From Schmidtea nova (lineage: Eukaryota), in contig CM097882.1 in assembly GCA_044892505.1 (NCBI GenBank), positions 97,278,001 to 97,342,000 of the forward strand: a stretch of DNA of 64,000 nt. The letters run 5' to 3'. A program made the position numbers and the translations under genes. The notes under the pieces were generated by a model. That model was not told the origin of the DNA and did no database searches. It worked only from the letters and a program-made list of their open reading frames with translations. Shown here piece by piece: positions 12,077 through 24,826 of this stretch (positions are counted from its first letter, which is position 1; each line of letters starts with the position of its first letter).

Positions 12077-12448
12077 GTAATTTTATTTGAATTGGTCGTT
12101 CTGTTGCAATAGATAAAATTGTCGTGATAAATAATTTATGTAGTCCATTTGTGTTTGATTGTATTGATGTTTGCAACACATCATTTCATTGGAAATCATT
12201 TTATAACTGTTAAATATTATTTATAGTTAGACAAAAAGTTAATAATATTTATATTCGTATATAATTATTCTTTATACTTTTGATGGTATTATTATACCGG
12301 GTGCTTTCCTCTTTTATGATGATGATAATAATTAATAAAAACGCAATTCAAACAACCTCTTTTACGATATATTTCAACAAATTCATCATTAAATAAAAAA
12401 TAAATTTTTAATATTATTTTAAAAAAACATTTTACAAAATTAAAATAT

Positions 12449-12726
12449 CTATTATCATAATTTGATATTTTTTTTAATATATTCTTTAATTTTAAAATAA
12501 CTAATTTTATTATTCAATATATAAACAAATTATTGATATCAGCCTAATTATTTAAAAACATTCACAATACACGTTATCATTGTGTTCTATTATCATAATT
12601 TGATATTTTTTTTAATATATTCTTTAATTTTAAAATAACTAATTTTATTATTCAATATATAAACAAATTATTGATATCAGCCTAATTATTTAAAAACATT
12701 CACAATACACGTTATCATTGTGTTCT
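12449..12726. repeat. Near-exact 138-bp tandem duplication
   Basis: CTATTATCATAATTTG...TGTGTTCT present at 12449 and 12587. Confidence 0.9.
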
Positions 12727-14375
12727 GTGCAATAATTTTTGGATTCAACGATCGTTTCAAAAGATAACATTTTAAAATCTGTCACACCTTTACTCATGCA
12801 ACTTTTATTGTAGTAACTAATATTGGACACAATCTTCGATCGACAATGTTAAAGAACTCGAGTACAGAGTTTGGGCAGTCTCCAATGTATATAGAATTAC
12901 ACCTGGTACATATAAATAGATAAACGAGAGCCGAACGAAATCTTATTTGAGTTTAAGATTTACTATCAAACATAGTGCATTCTTTGTACAAATTGGATAC
13001 AGTCATAATGTTTAAATTACTCAACTGCTTAATGATCTTCCTTTTGTAATAGGTATACCCCCATAATACCAATATAAAGAATGCTTATAGTTATGACAAT
13101 AAATGATGACAATAAATACCAATATAAAGAATGATTATAGTTATGACAATAAATCATACTTTTCACCTTATTTTTTATATTTTCCTTTCACATAGTCTTA
13201 AACAATAATTCACTCGCCCTACGCAAAGTATTTGAAGAAAACTCGAACAGCTGCTCAAAATATGCACCCTAATAATTAACCATAATACTTACTAAAGCTG
13301 GGAATTATCATGAGAGAGCGATGTAGGATTAAAAAATTATTTCTGAGAGGTAGAGGTGATGTTGGCAAAGGTAACGCAACATTATTTTAGCTATCATAAT
13401 AATCTTTTTTTTATCATAATTATCTTTTTTTAACCTTTGATCTTTTTTATTTATATCAATAATTTTCATAATTGTATGACTATAGGTCAAAAATATTTTT
13501 TGTGTTTTTTGGTTGTTAAGTACACGATATTTTGGCACAGAATTTATGAAAATTATTGATATTATTTTAGCTATTTTATAAACGGATATTAGACACAAAT
13601 ATACACATATTTGCTTGTTTCTCAGTCTTTTCATCAAATAAACAAAAAGAAAACAACGAAAACTTGACTTATCTAAAGCAGAAGTTGTCCCATTGACCAA
13701 TAAACCTATATTGCTTGCGAGAGTACTCCTAAACTTAGTTGGAATGACCCAACGACTCTATTTATCTGCATATCTGTGTTATAAAAGTTGCAAATGTAAC
13801 GAAATTTCGTTTTCTTAAGAATAACAATTAAAAAATGTACAGTTTTTTAAAAAAGGGTTTGATAAAAAATACATTCCAATATCTTCGATCGACGAAAAAA
13901 TTTTAAAAAATGAAATAAAGGTAATATACATAAAGATAATATGAAATAAGAATAAAATAAATATAATATCACAGATGTCACAAAAATGATATTTTACAAA
14001 AAAGAAAACATTGTTTACCGGTTTTTTTGTAGAAACTGCCTCGTTCAGCCAGTGACTTTTCCCAAAAGTAAAGAAGAAAGAATCCGTGTATTATTAAATA
14101 AAGACAACTTTTAAAAACCATATATTTGTTTGAAAATACCCAGTGAATTACGTTCGGTTATCAGAAGACGTCATATGACGTTCCCAGTCAGCAGCGTATG
14201 TGTATTAAAAGGCATCTCCCGTCATTAATGTGTTAAAATCCGTAAATTAACAAAGTTGTGTTGGCATTTAAAAACATTTTCAATTTTCAATTTGCAAATA
14301 TCTAATATGTATTTGTGCTGAAATCCTTGATAACTATTGAGGTTTCACATTTTAATGTGATTGTTGAGTTTAATA

Positions 14376-14567
14376 CAGGTAACCCTCGTTTAACCCGGTA
14401 CTTTGAGAACACGGATTTTAAATGTTAGATAATTCTTTTCAAAATATAATTAAATTTTTACTTCTTTTCTTATTATAATTTTTTTATTAAAAGTAAATTT
14501 TTAGTTTTATTTAACCTGGTTTAAGATAACACGGAACCTGTAAACCGCGTTAAACGAAGGTAGCCTG
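14376..14567. mobile_element. Tigger/pogo-type MITE
   Basis: TIRs CAGGTAACCCTCGTTTAAC / GTTAAACGAAGGTAGCCTG with flanking TA; second copy inverted at 47792-47972. Confidence 0.88.
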
Positions 14568-15206
14568 TATTGTTTTATGTTAATTTGCNNNNNNNNNNNN
14601 NNNNNNNNNNNNNNNNNNNNNNNNNNNNNNNNNNNNNNNNNNNNNNNNNNNNNNNNNNNNNNNNNNNNNNNNNNNNNNNNNNNNNNNNNNNNNNNNNNNN
14701 NNNNNNNNNNNNNNNNNNNNNNNNNNNNNNNNNNNNNNNGTCCCGATTTGCGTTGTTTCGAAGTTGTGTCGTTTTCTATTTGGGTTTCTTAAATTTTAAA
14801 CGGGGATTCCCAATTTTTTCAGTCATATCTAACAAAATTAAAATTTTTCTGTTATAGAAAGAGAAAACACAATTAAACCACATCTACAAATGTTTTACTG
14901 GAACCGTGGAGTGAGTCATAATGTAATATATTTCTAGGAATAAATAAAAATGGAGGATGGGCTACACAAATATTATCAAACATAAACATTTTATTAGAGA
15001 ATTCAGAAATTTTCTTTAGATTTGTGTTTTTTTTATTCTGTCTAGTCTATGTTGTGAGTATAGTTTTGTTTCATTATTTCAAAAATTCGTTAAATACTCA
15101 CTCGTTCTAAGAACTCGCAATAGTTCAAATTTTTATGTAAAAAAATTTAGTTTTGAATAATTATTACTGCAGTAAGGTTAATGAAATTTAGTTAAAAGAA
15201 GTTAAA

Positions 15207-15765
15207 ATGAGCCAAAAGCGAAAAAAATTAGTTTGGAACAAAAATTAGAAGTTTAAGCGATTTAAATCTGGAGAAAAAGCCGTTGACATTGGAAGAAATC
15301 TTGGTTTAGCTCCTACTACAGTAAGAACAATTTGTAATCGAGATGCTGATCAAATAAGAGAGTTTGCTAAAACTGCTTTACCATTACAATCTAAACAAAT
15401 TACCAAAATAAGAAGTTCTACTATGGTAAAAATGGAGTCTCTTCTTAGCATTTGGATAGAAGACCAAAGTCAGAGAAGAATGCCACTGAGCTAAATGGTG
15501 ATTCAAAACAAAGCTATTAGTATTTTTACTGATGTTCAAAAAAATTCATCATCATCTAGCAGCGAAAATTTTAAAAAACTTTGAAGCCAGCCAAGGTTGG
15601 TTCGAACGTTTTAAAACTAGAGCAAATTTGCATAATGTTGTGTTGAAAGGAGAAGCAGCCAGTGCGGATATCTCCGCTGCAAATAAATTTAAACTTGAGC
15701 TTAAAGCAATCATTGAAAAAGGTGGATATTATGATAAACAAGTTCTAAATGTCGATGAAAATCAA
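15207..15765 (+). mobile_element. Tigger-like (CENP-B/DDE_1) transposase 5' fragment
   Basis: psq-HTH (IGRNLGLAPTTVRTI), MESLLSIWIEDQ, FEASQGWFERFKTRANLHNV..GEAASAD, VLNVDE; breaks at the start of the DDE domain. Confidence 0.9.
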
Positions 15766-18700
15766 TTAAAATGCGTGATATTCTTTTCGTTACAATTAAA
15801 TTCAAGCTGCTGAAGCCACGCTCGCATTCTGAAGAACTGAAAGCTATAATTTTAGAATATTTTTTAACGTTTCCAAATCGTCTGAAATGTTACGACCACC
15901 ACAAGCCAAGTAATCTCTAAAGGCATTTAAAAATATCCCCAAAAGTAAATTAAAGCGTTTGCAGAGAGATTCTACTTTTTTTTTCTCCAAATTCCATATT
16001 AATTTCAGATGGCCAATCGGTTGGTTCAAGAATTTGCAATTCTTTAACAATGTCGGAACTGTCGAAAGTCAAAATTCCGTCTAAACCTGAATAATTTGCA
16101 GATGTAGTGTTAAGCCTATTCCTCATACTATTAATAATATAACTAATTAAGAATTGATTTATGTGAATCAATTTTGCCATTTTATTATCCGTCAACCGGG
16201 CCCGGCGCCAGGAATGAATCAATGGGGGGGGCGACAATTACTGATACTGGTGGGCAACCCCTTAAATTTTAAATTACAAAAAAATACGGTCCAATCGACA
16301 TTTGTCTTAATGTCTGAGAGTATCATCCTATATTTATCATCATATTTAGAACCCTTTGCTCATCCATATATCAAATATTGATAGATAAAAGCCAATATTG
16401 GTATATTCTTCTTTAACAATACAAGAATATAAAAAACACATGCAGCATGTGTTCAACATCAGTATAAAAGCAGGCTTTACAAAATCAGACACCGACTACT
16501 CTCCTGAAATAATGGTAGAACATATTCGTAACTGACGAGCTTCGATTCTTCCTTCTCATAAGCTAATAACGCCAGGTCTAGTTTTCTTTGCACAGCCTTG
16601 CACTTTCAGTAGGGCGACATTAAACTCGTAAATATTGAGAATGTTGCCTCACATGTTACTGTGGAAGCCGGCAACAGAAGAGAGCAACAGATAAGGTGAT
16701 AAAAGTGTGGGAATGCATCTCTGTAATTTGACATGAATGAAGCAAGAACATCTAATTTTTTTGAATTGACAATAGATGATTTGTTAATAAGCTTTTTCGC
16801 GACGACAATCTCAGCAGTCAGGAATTTGTCAGTAAATTTCTTATCACTTGCAGCTACAAGACTTTTCAATGGTTCAATCTTTTGTTCCTGAAGGAAAATG
16901 ACTTTGTTACCAGGTAAAAGTGCATCCAGCGCCGCAATCAAATTGCAGTTTGATTTGGAAAAACGTGACTGAAATTCATTAATTACTTCATCCAAAATCT
17001 GGAAAAACTCTTGACGATTGCCATTTACATGGAATTATTTTCGTCTTCGCAAACTGCATTACTCAACGTGCTCATAATAAGGCTGCAGTGAAGTCTTTCA
17101 GGAATCTTGCGTGACCGTTTTTGTAGAGGTTGAGGAGTTAAGGAATGTTCCTGAACTTTTGCTAACAAATTCTGCATTTCATGTGCAGTATACTTAGCAT
17201 TAGCAGGTATCGTTTGAGAAATCTCGTTCAATTTGGGATCAATATCAAGTGTGTATTTACACATTTGAAGAAATTTCCCACTATTTACATGTCTCAAAGC
17301 TTCAACATCTCCACGCGAAGCCAGCTCATTAACAGCTATCCATTTTGCAATTTTAACAAGCTCACAAAAATAATATTTGTTTCGCTCAATTCGGATAGAT
17401 CGCAATTGTTCCCCTATTGTTTTGCCTTGCTTTTCTCTCATTTTCTTTTCTTGCCAACATTTCATCGCATTTAAATGAACTTCTTAACTCTCGTGTTTAC
17501 TTAAACTATTCTTTTGATCTGTACCACTTTCCGAATTAGAGTAACCAGCTACAGTAAAAGTGTCTACATTTTCATCAGAACAATGTGCGAATTTCCGACA
17601 AGCAAAACAAAAGCCATTATCTGATTGGCTCGAATACTTCAACCAAGGATGACTGGACCACCACTTTGATTGAAAAGAACGATTCACTCCTTGTATTTTG
17701 ATTACTGGGTAATTTCGTTTAAGAAGTTGCATTGGTTTGTCATCGCCAAAGTCATTCGGAGGAATCTTTGATAAAGATGTGAATTCTACGAAAAAGGCAT
17801 AAAGGCGATAAAGCTCAAATAATGTTACTCACCGTTTGCAATTTCGCCCTGTTGGCCTGCTTGATTTGCTTGAGCATGAGAAGTTAGACCAGGAGAAGCA
17901 ACTGAAGACGTGGTCCCCACACGAACAGAACAAGAACAGTAATCCATCAATGGTTTTTGTTGCTTTGACATCTGGTTTATCCAAAGCAACACGTTAACTT
18001 TTTATAATATACAAAGTTGCAACACTTACTCTTATAGATCACAATGCCTTGCAATGAATGCCAGCTGTCACACTGTAGTAACAAGGAAGACAATTGCATT
18101 GATAATACATACACCGCTAGCAAGCCAATCCTGGAAGAAGTTATAAGTCGATCGCTGATTGGTTTCAAAGTGATATTATAAGTCTGCGCGTGTATGAGAA
18201 GGGCTATAGTGTTATGAGAGTACATTCATAAATAAGAAAGGTTGTATTACAATATAAGCGGTGAGTGGTGAATGCAGTAGCCTGAGATGTGTGAGAAATC
18301 AATGCATACTCTATTTAGAAAACAGAAAATTTATTGCAAACAGCAGTGTTTGCCATCGTAGTAGAAAAATAGGCATCTCCATTTGGGGGGCATTTTCCTT
18401 TTCATGAGGGGCATTGCCCCAAATGCCCCCTGTGGCGCTGGGCCCGCCGTCAACGAAATTGAAGATAATTGCATTATTCCACAAGCAGGAACTGTTTCCA
18501 ACGAAGTTCTTTCCTTTCTGAGGATCTTAAATATTCTAAATAAGTGATTAAAAATATTTAAACTACCTTCAGTTTATTTTATTTAAAAGGGAAAAATAAA
18601 CAAGACACAAAAAGCAGGATAAATTCTCTGTTAATTAACACATTTTTTGAAATGTTTTTGCGAATTCGCCAATTTAAAATATAATTTTTATTTGAAATTA

Positions 18701-18795
18701 AAAAACAGACTACTAAAAAAGTACCGGAACGCGTTTTGTTTCTGAAAAAAGGTGCCAGAACGTCGTTTCGCCGCGTCCCCTCCAATACACCACTG
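15765..18795 (-). mobile_element. hAT relic (outer element), left end lost
   Basis: Right terminus, reverse complement CAGTGGTGTATTGGAGGGG, ends at 18795; minus-strand transposase (..SSSECERGFSSLNLIVT) reads through once the nested element is removed (LETVPACGIMQLSSISLTDNKMAK). Confidence 0.75.
16197..18446 (-). mobile_element. hAT (ZMYM1-like transposase) nested in the outer hAT
   Basis: TIRs CGGGCCCGGCGCCA / TGGCGCTGGGCCCG; 8-bp TSD CCGTCAAC (16189-16196, 18447-18454); TTF-type zinc finger (RSFQSKWWSSHPWL..FCFACRKF), DUF4371-like segment and dimerization motif (LLLPASTVTCEATFS). Confidence 0.93.
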
Positions 18796-20385
18796 TGAAA
18801 AACCATATATTAATTGTATAATAAAGTTTGAATTGTTATTTGTAAAACATTTATTAATGCGATTTAATTTTTTGAAAAGTCATTTAATTTAATTGAAATT
18901 ATTACAATTAAATAAGTTGTGCGAATGTTAATTGATGATGTTTGTTGTATTGGTTATTTATATATTACTGCATTGAAAGAAATTCTAAAGTCAGTTTTTT
19001 CTAATAATATTATTGATTAGATAATCTTTTTCAGAAAATAAAACTTATAAAACTTTTAGTTATGGATGTTATCAATAAATAAATTACAACAGATTCATGA
19101 TGCTGTTTTTAAATTTATTAAGTTACTATAAATCCGGTGAAAATATTTGAAATCAAAAATATTTTCTCTGAGCATTATTTACTCTATAAACAAACAAGCT
19201 ATTTATTGAAAAATGTTTACTCATCCATTATTCTTGTCGTTGAAATTATGTACTTTATCAGTTTATGCTGTCGTGGTAAACTGCAGATTTTGTCTTCAAA
19301 TAACTACGGGGGCGTTAATAAACTTTACTTAGGCTGTCCATTTTGGTAGCTTAACAGGACAGTTGGTAATTTCAAGAAATAATTGTTGATCGGGTAAAGA
19401 TCAAGGACGATTAGCTGCGTAGTCTTAAGAAGAATGCATGTTATGTAGCTAGAAATTTGTGATGGGTATCAAAATTCAAAGTAGCAGAAAAATTCAATGT
19501 TGTAACAGTCTTTTGCCTCGGAACATCAAAGGTCTGATAATGTTGTGTGTGTGTGTGTTTAACCATTCTAATGCGTACTCTCACATCTAGGCATACGTTC
19601 GAGATACCTTATTGAAAGTTAGTCGTTAAGTGAATTGCTGTAAAACGAATCGTTTATTTTCATTTAAAGCCATACAAAGATATAGGAAAAATTTATATAA
19701 TCACTAGATTTATGGTTGAAAAATGTATTTTTGTTTTTTATTTCATTTAAAAATACCATTAATTATCAATAAAAAAATATAAAATAAGACTAATTTTTAA
19801 AAGATGAGTTAGATAGACTTACATTAAATGCAACACTATCAAATTTCAAGTCATTAAATACAAAGAAAATTCAAAAAAAATTCAAAATAAAAGATTTTTT
19901 AAGAAAATTAAAATTAGTTATATCATACAATCATCATAGGTAAGGAACAAAATTTACGCCTTTTCAAAGGAAATTGAGTACATTAAGAAATCAATCATTT
20001 TTACAGTGAAATAATAAATGGATGATTTTGTAACAATATTTTTATTGAAAATAACAAAGATAGTTAGCTTTCCTTACAGTTATTATTAATGAAATTTCTT
20101 TGCTTTCAACAAAGCAAATTCATTAATTATTTCATCAAAATTAACTTTATATGCAAAATCAGATTCAATTGAGATAATGCTTAAATCTGTTAATTTTTCT
20201 TGCTGTCATTTTGATCTTAAATAGATTTTATTAATTTCAATTTTATTAATTTCACCATTAGGAACCTAGTTTTTTCGTTATATTTTTGTATGAAAATAAC
20301 TTTAAGAAAATATCTAATGAATTTGAAAATTTTAGGAAAATCTATTGAAAATGTGATCATTATTCGTCTAGCCATCTTACAGGTG

Positions 20386-20386
<1 letters not shown>

Positions 20387-20451
<65 letters not shown>
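20387..20451. repeat. (TA)n microsatellite
   Basis: Direct reading. Confidence 0.95.
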
Positions 20452-20455
<4 letters not shown>

Positions 20456-20559
20456 CTGGTTGGACGTGGTGACTTTAATTTATTATTGCTCTCGGATCTA
20501 GGGTTAAGTCAAAACGCATAAATATACCCTGTGCGTATACTCATAGTTACTTTTCCCAT

Positions 20560-21235
20560 ATAACTTGTTCGTTCAATAATGCCTCGGACTAACTTAAGAA
20601 AGAAACACAACACAAAAACTGAAACAACTTTTATTAAACTATATCAAATACTAGTTTATACAAACTTATTCCATTGAATAACCAAATCTTGAAATGCATC
20701 AGCAAAAAATGCAAACAGCTGTTCAACAAATTGTTGGAGTGCATCTGATGTCTCAAAATGATGGCCACGTAATGCTTTCTTCAGGTGCTTGAACAAAAAG
20801 AAGTTGCTCGGAGCAAGGTTAGGGCTATAAGGTGGGTATTGGAGAAGTCTAAAACCACTCTTTTCTGCTCAACTTCGTGCAAGATTGTTTGCATGGACAG
20901 GAAAATTATCAACAAGGAGACAAAGAGGAACATTTATTGGTTGCCGTTTCTTTGCACGGCATTCTTCTACCAATTAGGTATAGTATTGACCATTTATTGT
21001 TTGTCCATTAGGCAAGAGTTCTAGGTAAGTGACTCCACTTTTGTCCCAAAACACTGATAGCATCAGTTGTTTTCGATGTGAGGTGCCACTTCTCATCTTC
21101 AGAGGAGGTTTCTCTTCTACATGTCTTTGGTATTATATACGACATTCGAATGCCCGTAGCCAGGTGAGCACCTGTGTTAGCACTACTCCTGGCTTCATCA
21201 TTCTGAGTTAGTTCCGATCAACCGATAGGAGGTCT
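20560..21235 (-). mobile_element. mariner transposase 3' remnant
   Basis: Minus strand VDNFPVHA...LLQYPPYSPNLAPSNFFLFKHLKKALRGHHF, a YSPDLAP-D homolog; TIR-like GTTCGTTCAATAATG near 20565. Confidence 0.85.
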
Positions 21236-21239
21236 TACG

Positions 21240-21620
21240 CGTCTAATTACTTTCTTCCTCCAAAAATTCTCTTAAATTTGTCAACTCTTAACTTTCTATA
21301 TCCTCACTTTATCTTTTTTAAATCTACACCTATTTATTCACAAAAATATCCAAATAACACCACTTAATTTTTTTTCCCAAACCATTCTATATAATTTAAT
21401 ACGCCATGGTCAGAAGCCTCTACCCGACTATTCGACACAAGAACCTTTAAACGATTGGGAACTCGGCATGTGAGCCAACAGATCACCTCTTAATTTAGTT
21501 TAATTTGGGATTTTTTGAGAAACATAACAAATAAAATTTTAATTCAAATATTTATTATTGATTACAAGAACAATTTAATAATTACCAAAAATTACAACAT
21601 GTATAACAAACAAACATAAA
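21240..21620 (-). mobile_element. Penelope-like element terminal (pLTR-like) fragment
   Basis: Reverse complement matches 33780-33970, which follows a GIY-YIG ORF. Confidence 0.65.
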
Positions 21621-22363
21621 AACATACGTGTTAGTTCGTTCCGCTCGACTGAATAAATTCAATATATACCGGTGTCGGACTGTAAGATCAAAATTCACAA
21701 ACGTCTTCTTACAAAAGTAAGAAATTAAAGTTAAACTATCTATTCGCAAAATTTATAGTTAAAAGTTAAAAGTTTTTAGCGTCTATTTTAACCATTCTGT
21801 TCATTAAAAAGAATATTTACAATTTAATTTAAATAGTTATTTTAATATTTTAATTACTTATTTTAATAAATGATTATTTATTAATTTTCCGTAAATTTAA
21901 TTTTATAGTTTATTTACTAAATATTTATTCTTAATTCCACTAAATTATGCACGTTGGCATGCGCGCGATAACTGATTAAATAATCGAATTTTCCTATTTT
22001 TGTTCTTATCTCTGTATTTTTAAGATATTTTAATGGAGATTTCTTCTATAATTTTTAATAAATTATTTTCTTTTGTTTTAATACCAATTTTATTCTTCGA
22101 TCATGCTTTACTAGCAATGATCTTCCCCATTAAATTATCGTGCGGTCTTTCGTGCTCTTTTGAAAAGCCTCTTTTTTATCGTTTTATCCTACCTCGACCA
22201 ACTTATGAATGCAGTTCGCAAGTTTACTATTTGTACTTTAATATTTTATATACTTTTTTGTTATTTTTCTGTTTAACGCTTTTATGTATTATCACGAGCC
22301 TCTTTTTGCGAGTATTTAATTTTCGATTTATTAAAATAAAAATTTTATTTCGCTTCTACCAGC

Positions 22364-22366
<3 letters not shown>

Positions 22367-22412
<46 letters not shown>
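22367..22412. repeat. (TA)n microsatellite
   Basis: Direct reading. Confidence 0.95.
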
Positions 22413-22414
<2 letters not shown>

Positions 22415-23719
22415 CAAATGAATATTATCAGAGCAAAGTATACATTCAATTAGAAAAAACACGAGACCAGATAAATTTCGTATTTGAGTGATCAGGACCT
22501 ATTCTAGGTCGAGTGTTCAAAGTTCAAATAATAAAAATGAAATTGGCCTACCTATTTATATGTAAACGCAATATGGAATGAGATATATGTTAGGAATGGT
22601 CGACCAGCATAGTAAATATGTATCACTTCATGCCATTAAATATATATGCGAAAACACCGCTGCCATAATATTTCATTCAAGTCCTTATTATCATTCAGTA
22701 AACGAACAAAATGAAAAATAATATAGGAAAATTAGAAACGCAATTCATATTTCCTTGAAAGACAAAAAGTATATGAAATCGGCTGAGTTGTTACTAGAAA
22801 TTGAGTCTATAGTAAACTGTAGCTTCCAAAGACGGCTGGCCAACCTTGAAATGAGAAATATGAGACAACCATTGCAAGGCGTTTCACAGTTGTATGAGAA
22901 GTGCAACTAACGAGATACATATACACATTGCCGGATAACGTGTTGGAGCTGCTTATGTAACGGCATGGTCTGATGAATGGCAACGGGTGCCAGTCAGACC
23001 CGGCTACTATCCCGACCAGCCCTGTCACGCATCTGCCCTAAACCCCGCAATAATTTAAATAACCGAATTTCAGTAATTTATAGAAAATCCGAATAAATCC
23101 TAAACGAAAAAGATATATTTTAAATAAATATTTCCTTCTCAGATGTACTACTGTATTGATTTTCCATTCCTGTCAGGGAATGATTGACTCTATTTGCCAA
23201 TTGATTCCATTTTAATCCGCATGGATTCCCATTACCATTTCATGCTTGTTCACTGTGGGCTTTTCTGCAACAATAATAAATAATTAATTACATTTTGTTC
23301 AGTTGTCGTGCTTTATCAATTAACTTCGGTGACTATTCACAGCAGTTTTGTTGTGGAATTGTCATAGATAGCACCAGGCAGCTTATAGATTTATTGAATT
23401 GTTGACAATAATAAGGTTCCCTTTTATTGCATACAGTCATTATATACAACCATGTTAGAAAATCGTAAAACACTGTAGAGCCGCAAGATTTTTAATATAA
23501 CTTAAATTAATTTTTATTACCATAATTAATTACTGAATAAATGTATTTTATATTATTTATGAAAAATTTATGTTTACTTACATCTACGTAGGCGTTCTTA
23601 AATAAAATTCCTAAAATTTCGTTTACATATTAAAATTTTAGTTACAACTTAAACTATTGAGCCGCAAAAAAAATCAAAGAGTCGCAGTTTGAGCACCTCT
23701 GGCCTTTAGGATCATTTGT

Positions 23720-24400
23720 AATAAATGCAAAGAAAATTACATCGGAAACACCTTTCGGACTCTGCATCAGAGAATTAAAGAACATTTTGATCCTNNNNNN
23801 NNNNNNNNNNNNNNNNNNNNNNNNNNNNNNNNNNNNNNNNNNNNNNNNNNNNNNNNNNNNNNNNNNNNNNNNNNNNNNNNNNNNNNNNNNNNNNNNNNNN
23901 NNNNNNNNNNNNNNNNNNNNNNNNNNNNNNNNNNNNNNNNNNNNNNNNNNNNNNNNNNNNNNAGCGAAAAAGACAACAAAATCTCAGACTGAAAGAAGCT
24001 ATTCTCATTAGAGACAAACACCTAAAAATTAACTCTAAATAGGAAGTTTGCGAAATCGCCCACTTACTACCTTGTTAAAAAATATTTTTGTTTTACAAAG
24101 GAGAAAGAAAAAAGGAAATAAAAGAGAATGTACAGAAAATATATGGGCATTTCAAAGAGATACATTTTTCATGTATAATTAAATTAGTTTTAAAATTTAA
24201 ATATAATGGGTTAGAAAATTAGAATATAAAATACAAACTTAACTAAAGAATTTCAAATTTATGAAAAGATAATATTTTGCTTTGAAATTGAGAAGATTTT
24301 TTTAAAATAAAAAGTAGATTTATATTTATTTCTAAAAAATTTTTAATTTTAAAGTTTTTTTTATTTAAAAAAATATTAAAATTTATATTAATCAGATTTA
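23720..24400 (+). mobile_element. Penelope-like element: GIY-YIG endonuclease end and 3' flank (gapped)
   Basis: KCKENYIGNTFRTLHQRIKEHF before the gap and LRLKEAILIRDKHLKINSK after it; the same 3' segment occurs inverted at 35823-36430 and 57052-57620. Confidence 0.8.
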
Positions 24401-24547
24401 CATCCAATAATAACCGTAAAACATAGTTTTTAAAACTCTCTATATTTCACTCTTAATTTTTATCAAAACTGAAATTTCAATATGCGTTCTCAATGCTATG
24501 AAATATTTATTCAAACTTATATAACATATTTTAGATATAATTACGTT

Positions 24548-24826
24548 ATCTCATTAATCCGAAGTTAATGAATAGATAAGAATTTATATTAAAATAGGGA
24601 AATAAAACTAGATTTGACAAATTAATATGTTATTTAAATTAACCCATTTTCCGTGATCGGATCAATCTGAAATTTTGATAGCATGCAGTGTTCTCGACAA
24701 CGAATCTACTTGCCAAATTTCAGCTCGATTCTATCACAGGAAGTGGGTTAATTTGCCGTCGCAAAATTTGCGTGGCACAATCAATCAATCCATCAAACGC
24801 AAAGTTAAAATAAAGAGAGTAAAAAA
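24548..24826. mobile_element. Non-autonomous Helitron/Helentron-like (DINE/HINE-type) repeat, copy 1
   Basis: Homologous to 27721-28014; internal inverted repeat TTAACCCA..TTCCGTGAT / ATCAC(A/G)G(G/A)A..GGTTAA and a microsatellite-like tail; class assignment is inferred. Confidence 0.55.

Noticed and set aside
13329-13700. 123-aa minus-strand ORF
   Set aside because: It overlaps a non-coding Penelope terminal repeat (13430-13560); no domain signal.
22033-22491. 152-aa hydrophobic ORF, and similar ones at 31003, 37533, 42390 and 63328
   Set aside because: Low-complexity AT-rich or microsatellite translations with no recognisable domain.
22961-23025. Hammerhead or SECIS interpretation of the GC hairpin
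   Set aside because: GAAA is replaced by GTCA, there is no UH cleavage triplet, and no GA quartet partner for a SECIS; kept only as an unassigned structure.
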